Source of the DNA: Torpedo marmorata
Taxonomy: Eukaryota
Direction of reading: 5' to 3'
Assembly: GCA_977017645.1 (NCBI GenBank)
Contig: OZ360256.1
Coordinates: 10,726,001 to 10,790,000, forward strand
DNA length: 64,000 nucleotides
The translations under genes and the position numbers were made by a program. The notes under the pieces were generated by a model. It was not told the DNA's origin, did no database searches, and saw only the letters and a list, made by a program, of their open reading frames with translations. Positions 48,901-60,900 of the stretch are shown piece by piece (positions within the stretch are counted from its first letter, which is position 1; every line of letters begins with the position of its first letter).

Positions 48901-51900
48901 CTCTCTCCGTCCTGACCCGGACTCTCTCCATCCTGACCCAGACTTTCTCCGTCCTGACCCAGACTTTCTCCGTCCTGACCCGGACTCTCTCCCCTTGACC
49001 CAGAGTCTCTCCCTCCTGACCCGGACTCTCTCCCCCTGACCCTGGACTCTCTCCCCCTGACTCGGACTCTCTCCCCCTGACTCGGACTCTTTCCCCCTGA
49101 CTCGGACTCTCTCACCCGGACTCTCTCCACCTGACCACGGACTCTCTCCCCCTGACCCGGAATCTCTCTACCTGACCCCGGACTCTCCCCCTAACTCGGA
49201 CTCTCTCCCCCTGACCCAGACTCTCTTCCCCTGACCCAGACTATCCCCCTGACCCAGACTCTCTTCCCCTGACCCAGACTCTCTTCCCCCTGACCCAGAC
49301 TCTCTTCCCCTGACCCAGACTCTCTCCCTCCTGACCCAGACTCTCTCCCCCTGACCCAGACTCTCACCCCCTGACCCAGACTCTCTCCCCCGACCCAGAC
49401 TCTCTCCCCCTGACCCAGACTCTCTCCCCCTGACCCAGACTCTCTCCCTCCTGACCCAGACTCTCCCCCTGACCCAGACTCTCTTCCCCTGACCCAGACT
49501 CTCTTCCCCTGACCCAGACTCTCTTCCCCGACCCAGACTCTCTCCCACTGACCCAGACTCTCTCCCACTGACCCAGACTCTCTCCCCCTGACCCAGACTC
49601 TCTCCCCCTGACCCGGAATCTCTTTACCTGACCCGGACTCTCTCCCCCTGACCCAGACTCTCTCCCCCTGACCCAGACTCTCTCCGTCCTGACCCGGACT
49701 CTCTCCGTCCTGACCCGGACTCTCTCCGTCCTGACCCGGACTCTCTCCCCTTGACCCAGAGTCTCTCCCTCCTGACCCGGACTCTTTCCCCCTAACTCGG
49801 ACTCTTTCCCCCTGACTCGGACTCTCTCACCCGGACTCTCTCCACCTGACCACGGACTCTCTCCCCCTGATTCGGACTCTCTCACCCTCACCCGGACTCT
49901 CTCACCCTGACCCGGAATCTCTCTACCTGACCCCGGACTCTCCCCCTAACTCGGACTCTCTCCCCCTGACCCAGACTCTCTCCGTCCTGACCCGGACTCT
50001 CTCCGTCCTGACCCGGACTCTCTCCCCCTGACCCGGACTCTCTCCCCCTGACCCAGACTCTCTCCCCCTGACCCGGAATCTCTCTACCTGACCCCGGACT
50101 CTCCGCCTAACTCGGACTCTCTCCCCCTGACCCAGACTCTCTCCGTCCTGACCCAGACTCTCTCCCCCTTACCCGGAATCTCTACCTGACCCCGGACTCT
50201 CTCCCCCTGACTCGAACTCTTTCCCCCTGACCCGGACTCTCTTCCCCCTGACCCGGACTCTCTTCCCCCTGACCCGGACTCTCTTCCCCCTGACCCGGAC
50301 TCTCTCCCCCTGACCCGGACTCTCTTCCCCCTGACCCGGACTCTCTCCCCCTGACCCAGACTTTCTTCCCCTGACCCAGACTCTCTCCCCCTGACCCGGG
50401 ACTCTCTCCCCCTGACCCGGGACTCTCTCCCCCTGACCCGGACTCTCGCCCCCTGAACTAGGACTCTCTTCCCCCTGACCCGGACTCTCTTCCCCCTGAC
50501 CCGGACTCTCTCCCCCTGACCCGGACTCTCTCCCCCTGACCCAGTACCCTCTCCCCCTGACCCAGGACTCTCTCCCCCTGACCCAGCCTCTCTCCCCCTG
50601 ACCCGGGACTCTCTCCCCCTGACCCGGACTCTCTCCCCCTGACTCGAACTCTTTCCCCCTGACCCGGACTCTCTTCCCTCTGACCCGGACTCTCTCCCCC
50701 TGACCCAGACTTTCTCCCCCTGACCCAGACTCTCTCCCCCTGACCCGGGACTCTCTCCCCCTGACCCGGACTCTCGCCCCCTGAACTAGGACTCTCTTCC
50801 CCCTGACCCGGACTCTCTTCCCCCTGACCCGGACTCTCTTCCCCCTGACCCGGACTCTCTTCCCCCTGACCCGGACTCTCTTCCCCCTGACCCGGACTCT
50901 CTCCCCCTGACCCAGTACTCTCTCCCCCTGACCCAGTACTCTCTCCCCCTGACCCAGGACTCTCTCCCCCTGACCCGGGACTCTCTCCCCCTGACCCGGG
51001 ACTCTCTCCCCCTGACCCGGGATTTTCTCCCCCTGACCAGGACTCTCTCCCCCTGACTCAAACTCTTTCCCCCTGACCCGGACTCTCTTCCCCCTGACCC
51101 GGACTCTCTCCCCCTGACCCAGACTCTCTCCCCCTGACCCGGACTCTCTCCCCCTGACCCAGACTCTCCTCCTGACCCAGTCTCTCTCCCCCTGACCCAG
51201 ACTCTCTCCCCCTGACCCAGACTCTCTCCCCCTGACCCGGAATCTCTCTGCCTGACCCGGACTCTCTCTACCTGACCCGGACTCTCTCCCCCTGACCCAG
51301 ACTCTCTCCCCCTGACCCAGACTCTCTCCGTCCTGACCCGGACTCTCTCCCCTTGACTCAGAGTCTCTCCCTCCTGGACTCTCTCCCCCTGACTCGGACT
51401 CTCTCCCCCTGACTCGGACTCTCTCACCCGGACTCTCTCCACCTGACCTGGAATCTCTCTACCTGACCCAGACTCTCTCCGTCCTGACCCAGACTCTCTC
51501 CCCCTGACCCGGAATCTCTACCTGACCCCGGACTCTCTCCCCCTGACTCGAACTCTTTCCCCCTGACCCGGACTCTCTTCCCCCTGACCCGGACTCTCTT
51601 CCCCCTGACCCGGACTCTCTTCCCCCTGACCCGGACTCTCTCCCCCTGACCCGGACTCTCTTCCCCTGACCCGGACTCTCTCCCCCTGACCCAGACTTTC
51701 TCCCCCTGACCCAGTACTCTCTCCCCCTGACCCAGGACTCTCTCCCCCTGACCCAGCCTCTCTCCCCCTGACCCGGGACTCTCTCCCCCTGACCCGGACT
51801 CTCTCCCCCTGACTCGAACTCTTTCCCCCTGACCCGGACTCTCTTCCCCCTGACCCGAACTCTCTCCCCATGACCCGGACTCTCTCCCCCTGACCCAGAC

Positions 51901-54900
51901 TTTCTCCCCCTGACCCAGACTCTCTCCCCCTGACCCGGGACTCTCTCCCCCTGACCCGGGACTCTCTCCCCCTGACCCGAACTCTCGCCCCCTGAACTAG
52001 GACTCTCTCCCCCTGACTCGAACTCTCTCCCCTTGACGGACTCTCTCACCCTGATCCCGGACTCTCTCCACCTGACCCCGGACTCTCTCCCCTTGACCCG
52101 GACTCTCTCCCCCTGACCCAGACTCTCTCCCCCTGACTCGAACTCTCTCCCCCTGACGGACTCTCTCACCCTCACCCGGACTCTCTCCACCTGACCCCGG
52201 ACTCTTTCCCCTGACTCGGGACTCTCTTCCCCTGACCCGGACTCTCGCCCCCTGACCCGGACTCTCTCCCCCTGACCCAGTACTCTCTCCCCCTGACCCA
52301 GTACTCTCTCCCCCTGACCCAGGACTCTCTCCCCCTGACCCGGGACTCTCTCCCCCTGACCCGGGACTCTCTCCCCCTGACCCGGGATTTTCTCCCCCTG
52401 ACCAGGACTCTCTCCCCCTGACTCAAACTCTTTCCCCCTGACCCGGACTCTCTTCCCCCTGACCCGGACTCTCTCCCCCTGACCCAGACTCTCTCCCCCT
52501 GACCCGGACTCTCTCCCCCTGACCCAGACTCTCCTCCTGACCCAGTCTCTCTCCCCCTGACCCAGACTCTCTCCCCCTGACCCAGACTCTCTCCCCCTGA
52601 CCCGGAATCTCTCTGCCTGACCCGGACTCTCTCTACCTGACCGGGACTCTCTCCCCCTGACCCAGACTCTCTCCCCCTGACCCAGACTCTCTCCGTCCTG
52701 ACCCGGACTCTCTCCCCTTGACTCAGAGTCTCTCCCTCCTGGACTCTCTCCCCCTGACTCGGACTCTCTCCCCCTGACTCGGACTCTCTCACCCGGACTC
52801 TCTCCACCTGACCTGGAATCTCTCTACCTGACCCAGACTCTCTCCGTCCTGACCCAGACTCTCTCCCCCTGACCCGGAATCTCTACCTGACCCCGGACTC
52901 TCTCCCCCTGACTCGAACTCTTTCCCCCTGACCCGGACTCTCTTCCCCCTGACCCGGACTCTCTTCCCCCTGACCCGGACTCTCTTCCCCCTGACCCGGA
53001 CTCTCTTCCCCCTGACCCGGACTCTCTCCCCCTGACCCGGACTCTCTCCCCCTGACCCGGACTCTCTCCCCCTGACCCAGACTTTCTCCCCCTGACCCAG
53101 TACTCTCTCCCCCTGACCCAGGACTCTCTCCCCCTGACCCAGCCTCTCTCCCCCTGACCCGGGACTCTCTCCCCCTGACCCGGACTCTCTCCCCCTGACT
53201 CGAACTCTTTCCCCCTGACCCGGACTCTCTTCCCCCTGACCCGAACTCTCTCCCCATGACCCGGACTCTCTCCCCCTGACCCAGACTTTCTCCCCCTGAC
53301 CCAGACTCTCTCCCCCTGACCCGGGACTCTCTCCCCCTGACCCGGGACTCTCTCCCCCTGACCCGGACTCTCGCCCCCTGAACTAGGACTCTCTCCCCCT
53401 GACTCGAACTCTCTCCCCCTGACGGACTCTCTCACCCTCACCCGGACTCTCTCCACCTGACCCCGGACTCTCTCCCCCTGACTCGGGACTCTCTTCCCCC
53501 TGACCCGGGACTCTCTCCCCCTGACACCTGAACTCTCTCCCCCTGTGGACCCTGTCCCCGGACTCTCTCCCCCTGACTCGGACTCTCCCCCTGACTCGGG
53601 ACTCTCTTCCCCTGACCCGGACTCTCTTCCCCCTGACCCGGGACTCTCTCCCCCTGACACCTGAACTCTCTCCCCCTGTGGACCCTGTCCCCGGACTCTC
53701 TCCCCCTGACCCGGCACTCTCTCCCCCTGCGGACCCTGACCCGGACTCTCTCCCCCTGACCCGGCACTCTCTCCCCCTGCGGACCCTGACCCGGGACTCT
53801 CTCCCGCTGACACAGACTCTCTCCCCCTGGCCCAGGTTTCTCCCCCTGACCCGGGACTCTCTTCCCCTAACTTTGAAGTCGCTCCCCCTGCGGACCCTAA
53901 CCCTCGGACTCTCTCCCCCTGACCCGAGACTCTCTCCCCCTGCGGACCCTGACCCGGGACTCTCTCCCCCTGTCCTGAACTCTCTCCCCCTGCGGACCCT
54001 AACCCCGGACTCTCTCCCCCTGACCTGGGACTCTCTCCCCCTGACCTGGGACTCTCTCCCCTGCAGGCAGATCTTGTTCCTCCTGTGGTGGGGCACACCC
54101 TGACGCTGACCCGGGACGCCACGCTGCTGCTGATTGGCGGATATTCCCCCCACAACGGGTTCAACGACAAGTTGCTGGAGTACGGCCTGGCCTCTGGAAC
54201 CTGGAGAGTGGCGCAGACCACCGGCACAGCCCCCACTGGTAGGGGAGGGGGCTCACTGAGGGGTCCCCCTGGGGAGGGGAGGCGGGGAGGGTTGCTGGTG
54301 AGGGGTGGTGGCAAAGGGCGGGGCGAGGGCGGTAGTGAGGGGGCGGGTGGGCGAGGGGCGGTGGCGGGGCAAGGGGTAGTGGTGAGGTGTCGAGGCGAGG
54401 GGGGCTGCGAGGGGCGGTTGGGAGAGGGGCGAGGGGAGGCGAGGCGAGGGGTCGCGGTGGGGCGAGGGGTTACGATGGGGTGAGGGGTCGCGGTGAGGAG
54501 TCATGGCGGGGTGAGGGGTCGCGGAGAGGTGAGGGGCGATGGGGTGAGGGGTCGAGACGGGGTGAGGGGTAATGGTACGGTTCCTTGGGGAGGTTCTGGT
54601 TGAACTACTCCTCCCTCCCGTCCTGTCTGACGAAGCCTCCTCTTCGGCAGGTCTGTACGGGCACACGTCCGTCTACCACGGCCACACCGACGCCGTCTAC
54701 GTCTTCGGCGGTTACCGCTTCCACCTGGAGACCGTGTCCGCCTCGGCCGAGCTCTACGGCCTGTATTTGCCAACCCTCACCTGGAGCCTGATCGCCCCCA
54801 CAAGGGGCCCTAAGGTAACGGCTTCGGGACTCACCGGACCCCTGTCCCCAGGACTCCCCTGACCTCAGGACCCCTGCCCACCCTCACCTGGAGACTGATC

Positions 54901-57900
54901 GCCCCGCATGCAGCCCCAACGTAATGGCCCCCAGGTCCCCCGACTCCCTGTCCCCCGGTACTCCCCGGACCCTTGTCCCCGGGTCCCCCGACTCCCCGTT
55001 CCCCAGTACTCCCCGGGTCCCGTGACTCCCCGTCCCCCAGTAATCCCCGGATCCCTACTCCCGGGACCCCCGAAGGGAAGTGAGTGCAGTTACTATTTCA
55101 AGGGAGAAGGTGCTCAGAAAGCTGAATGGTCTAAGAGTGGATAAGTCTCCCAGATCAGATGGATTGCACCCTCATGTCCTGAAAGAGATAGCGGTAGAGA
55201 TTGTGAACGAATTGGTAATGATCTTTCAGGAATCAACAGATTCTGGTATGGTCCCGGAAGACTGGAAAATCACAAATATCACCCCACCATTCAAGAAGTG
55301 GGGGAGGCAGCAGAAAGGAAATTATAGCCCAGTTAGCCTGACGTCAGTGGTTGGGAAGATGTTGGAGTCTCTTGTCAAGAATGAGGTCATGGAGCACTTG
55401 GAGACACAGGACAGGATAGGTCAAACCCACCATGGTTTCCTGAAGGGAAGATCTTGCCTGACAAGCCTATTGGAATTCCTTGAGGAAGGGACAAGCAGGC
55501 TGGATAAGGGAGATGCAGTGGATGTTGTGTACAGTAAACTCCTGGTATTTGGCACTTATGGGGATTGGTAGATGCCGGATAAGTGTTTTTTCCCTTTGCT
55601 TGAGGTTTGGCGAAATAACAGCAAGGAGTGCCAATTTTAATCTTTCGTATTTTTTACCTATTTATTCTCATCGATTTTTTTTGTGCCGATTGCTTGAATT
55701 CCAGGATACCAGGGATTTTCCTGTATTTGGATTTTCAGAAGGCATTTGACAAGGTGCCGCACATGAGGCTACTTAACAAGAGCCCGTGGTATAACAGGAA
55801 ACATACGAGTGTGGGCTGATTGGCAGGAAGCAGAGAGTGGGAATACAGGGATCATATTCAGGTTGGCTGCCAGTCGCTAGTGGTGTTCCACAGGGTCGGT
55901 GTTGGGGCCGCTTCTCTTTATGTTGTATATTAATGACTTGGATTGTGGAATGAATGGCTTTGTGGCCAAGTTTGCAGACGATGCGAAGGCAGGTGGAGGA
56001 GCAGGTAGTGTTGAGGAAACGGAGTCTGCAGAAGGACGGAGAGATGAGGAGAATGGGCAGAGAAGTGAGTGGCAAATGAAATACAATGTCGGAAAGTGTA
56101 CGGTCACGCACTTTGGTGGAAAAAATAAACGGGCAGAAACCCCCCCCCCCAGATCGCTGATCACAGGATCTCCGTCCCTGAGACCCCCAGACCCTCACGG
56201 CCGGTGCCGAGACCCCTGGGGCCGGTGCCCAGACCCTCAGACTCCCGCGGCCGGTGCTGAGGTTGCCCTGACCCTGTGCTCTGTTTCCAGCCCCCCTCCC
56301 GGTTCTTCCACGCGGCAGGGCTCCTGCACAACACGGTGGTGGTGGTGGGTGGCAGGTCCCAGCACCGAGACTTCACCCACAACGTCCTTCTCTACCACAT
56401 CGGCACCAACACCTGGGTCAGGACCCATCCCACAGGTATGGGGGGGAGGGACGATGAACAGGGGGCCAGTAGGATGGGGACAGGAGGAAGGGGGAGATGG
56501 GAGACGGGGAAGGGGTGGGGAGGGGACGAGGTGAGGGGAGAGGAGGAAGGGGAGGGGGTCGAGTGGGGAGTGGACGGGGAGGAGTGGGGAGGGAACGGGG
56601 TGAGGGGTCGGGGAGTAGTGGGGAGGGAACGGGGTGAGGGGTCGGGGAGTAGTGGGGAGGGGACGGGGTGAGGGGTCGGGGAGGAGTGGGGAGGGGACGG
56701 GTGAGGGGTTGGGGAGGAGTGGTGAGGGGATGGGGTGAGGGGTCGGGGAGGTGGGGAGGGACCCCATTCAAACTCAAACACTCCCCTTGAAACGAATTCC
56801 AACTCTCTCTCTCTCCTTCCTCATTCTATCTTTCCCCCTCCCCTCTTTCCCCTCTCCCCTATCTCCTCCTCTCTCTCCCTCTCTCTCTCCCCCTCTCTCT
56901 CTCTCTCTCCCCCTCTCTCTCCTCCCCTCTCTCCCCCTCCCTTCCTCTCTCTCCTCCCCCTCTCCCCTCTCTATCCCCCTCTCTCTATCCCCCCTCTCTC
57001 CTCCCCTCTCTCCCCCTTCCCCCCTCCCTCTCCCCCTCTCTTTCCCCCTCTCTTTTCCCCCTCTCTTTTCCCCTCTCTCTCCCCCCTATCTCCCCCCTCT
57101 CTCTCCCCCTATCTCCCCCCTCTCTCTCCCCCTCTCGCCACCCTCCCCTCTCCTTCCCTCTCCCTCTCCCACCGCTCTTTCCCCCCACTCTCTACCCTTC
57201 TCTCCCCATCTCCCCCCCACCGCCTGCTCTCTATAGGGACGCCAGTGCTGGGGGAGCCTTTGAAAGGATCGATAGCCCAGGCAGCGGTCACCGTGGGGGA
57301 CAAGCTGTACGTGTCGGGGGGGTTCAGTGGGGTGATGCTGGGCTCCCTGGTATCTGTGTCCGTGCCCCTCAACCCGTGCCAGGTGTTCGGCAGCCCTGGA
57401 GACTGCAGCAACAGTACCGGCGGGTGTGTATGGTGTCGATCAGTGGACAATGGCAGCTGCCTGTCCATCGAGGAGGCCGACAGGTAGGGCAGCGAGCGCC
57501 GGCTCTACCGACGGGTGGACCTCACACACCCTCACTCCGTCAATCTGTTACCCATCACCTCCCACACTCACCACTCCTTTCTTCCCTCTCCCCCCTCGCT
57601 CTCACCCTCCCCTCCCTCTCCCCCTCCCCTCCCTCTCCCCCTCCCTCTCCCCTTCCCCTCCCACCCTCCCTCTCCTCCTCCCCCTCCCTCTCTCCCTTCC
57701 CCCTCCCTCCCCCCAGCAATTCCTCCCTCTCTGCGTCACTCTCTCATTCTCCATCCCTCAAACCCTCCACCCCCATCCCTCTCCGCACCTCTCTCACCCT
57801 CCATTCTCCCTCTCACTCCCCTGATACCCTCCCCTTTCTCCTGCCCATCACCTCTCCCCATCCGGGGACACTGACTCCTATGGCTGGATTCTGAACCCCC

Positions 57901-60900
57901 CCCCCCCTCTGAGGTTGGAGGGGGAGGGTTGTTGATAATCTCTCTGCATATCTGTCCTGGTGCAACCCCTACCTCTTCCCCCCCCTTATTTCCCTGCTCT
58001 GACCCCCCTCTCCACTCCCCTCCCCATCCCCCTTAACCCCTCCCTCCTCTCCCCTTCTTCCACCCCCCTGTCCTCCTCCCACTCTCCCCCTCCACATGCA
58101 TCTCCCACCCCTCCCGATTCCCTCACCTCCCTCATCCCCCCGTCTCCTGCCCGTGACCCCTCTCCCTCTCCTTCCCCATGCCCATCCCAGCTTCCCCCAT
58201 GCCCCTCCACTCCCCCACCCCCTACTCCCTCACCCCCCCTTAACTCACCCCTTACCCCCACTTTCTCCTGCCCAACCCCTCCCCCTCCCCTCCCCATTTC
58301 TCCTCTCCATGCCCCACTCTCCCCTCCCCGCATGCTCCTCCCTCTCATCTCCATATCCCCTCCCCTATCCTTTCTCTGCAGGTGGCCCCGAAACACGGAC
58401 CCCTCCCCCTGACCCATGCCCCCTCTCTCTGCAGATTACCCCGGGATGTGGACCCCTCCCCCTGACCCATGCCCCCTCTCTCTGCAGATTACCCCGGGAT
58501 GTGGACCCCTCCCCCTGACCCATGCCCCCTCTCTCTGCAGATTACCCCGAGACGCGGACCCCTCCCCCTGACCCATGCCCCCTCTCTCTGCAGATTACCC
58601 CGGAATGTGGACCCCTCCCCCTGACCCATGCCCCCTCTCTCTGCAGATTACCCCGGGATGTGGACCCCTCCCCCTGTGACCCGTGGCCCCGACTCTCGGA
58701 GCCCTGCCGACATTTGAAGACGTGCAGCGAGTGTTTGGCCCTTCACCCCCAGATCGCGGGGCAGACACAGCGGCAGGTGAGTGACAGCCCGTGACCTCTC
58801 ACCCCACAGAGCCACGCCCCGTGACCTCTCACCCCACAGAGCCCCACCCCACAACCTCGCCCCGCCCCGTGACGTCTCACACCACAGAGCCCCACCCAGT
58901 GACTTCTCACCTCACAGAAACCCATCCCGTGACCTCTCACACCACAGAGCCCCGCCCCACGACCTCACCCCACAGAGCCCTGCCCCACGACCCTCACCCC
59001 GCAGAGCCCTGCCCCGTGACCTCTCACCCCACAGAGCCCCGCCCCGTGACCTCACACCACAGAGCCCCGCCCCACGACCTCACCCCACAGAGCCCTGCCC
59101 CACGACCCTCACCCCGCAGAGCCCTGCCCCGTGACCTCTCACCCCACAGAGCCCCGCCCCGTGACCTCTCACACCACAGAGCCCCGCCCCACGACCTCAC
59201 CCCACAGAGCCCTGCCCCACGACCCTCACCCCACAGAGACCCACCCAGTGACTTCTCACCTCACAGAAACCCATCCCGTGACCCCTCATCCCACAGATCC
59301 GCCCTGTGACCCCTCACCCCAAAGATCCGCCCCGAGACCTCTCATCCCACAGAGACCCGCCCCACGACCTCTCACCTCACAGTGACCTCTCACCCCACTG
59401 AGACCCACAACACGACCCCTCACCCCACACAGATCCGCCCTGTGACCTCTCACCCCACAGAGGCACGCCCTGAGACTGCTGACACGGAGCCTCGTGCATA
59501 TTCGTGACACATAACCCATCCTCCCTCTCCCCCCATTCCCGGCCTCTGATTGGCTCCCTCAGTCCCGGGCTCTGATTGGCTCCTTCAGTCCCTGGCCTCT
59601 GATTGGCTCCCTCAGTCCCCAGCCTCTGATTGGCTCCCTTAATCCCCGGCCTGTGATTGGCTTCCTCAATCCCTGGCCTGTGATTGGCTCCCTCAAACCC
59701 CGGCCTGTGATTGGCTCCCTCAATCCCCAGCCTGTGATTGGCTCCCTCAGTCCCCGGCCTCTGATTGGCTCCCTCAGTCCCCGGGCTCTGATTGGCTCCC
59801 TCAGTCCCTGGCCTCTGATTGGCTCCTTCAGTCCCCAGGCTCTGATTGGCTCCCTCAGTCCCCAGCCTCTGATTGGCTCCCTCAATCCCCGGCCTGTGAT
59901 TGGCTCCCTCAATCCCCGGTCTGTGATTGGCTCCCTCAATCCCAGGCCTCTGATTGGCTCCCTCAGTCCCTGGGCTCTGATTGGCTCCCTCAGTCCCCGG
60001 CCTCTGATTGGCTCCCTCAATCCCCAGCCTGTGATTGGCTCCCTCAATCCCCGGCCTGTGATTTGCTCCCTCAATCCCCGGGCCTCTGATTGGATTCCTC
60101 AATCCTCGGGCTGTGATTGGCTCCCTGTTGCTCCGTCCGTATTGTGATTGGCTCCCTCAGTCCCTGGCCTGTGATTAGCTCCCTCAATCCCTGGCCTATG
60201 ATTGGCTCCGTTTTGCTCTGTACGGCATGTGAATACCTCCCTCATACCCCGGCCTGTGATTGGCTCTCTCAGTCCCTATCCTCTGATTGGCTACCTCAGT
60301 CTCCAGCCTCTGATTGGCTCCCTGAGTCTCCGGTCTCTGATTGGCTCCCTCTTGTGCTGTTCAGAGGTGTAAGTGGTGCACGCATTGTCCCGAGGGGGCC
60401 TGCATCAGCGCCAACGCCAGCTGCAGCAAAGAGAACGACTGCCGCATCAACCAGCGCGAGATCTTCCTCGCTGGCAACTGCACCGAGATCTCATGTGAGG
60501 CATCTGACTGCTACAAGTGTACGGCGTCCAGCAAGTGTATGTGGACCCGCCAATTCAAACGCACAGGTAAGCCCGTGTACTCGGACCTGCCCGCTTAAAC
60601 GCTCGGGTAACCTCGTGTACGCAGACCTGCCCACTCAAACGCACAGGTAGCCTCGTGTACGCAGACCTGCCCGCTCAAACGCACGGGTAAACTCGAGTAC
60701 GCGGACCTGCCCGTTCAAACACGCAGGTAAACTCGATTACGCGGACCTGCCCATTCAAACACACAGGTAAACTCGAGTAAGCGGACTTGCCCGTTCAAAC
60801 ACGCAGGTAAACTCGAGTACGCGGACTTGCCCGTTCAAACACACAGGTAAACTCGAGTACGTGGACCTGCCCATTCAAACACGCAGGTAAACTCGAGTAA

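Noticed and set aside
48078-54314. Arg/Gly/Glu/Ser-rich minus-strand ORFs
   Set aside because: Translations of the 21-bp satellite with no unique domain.
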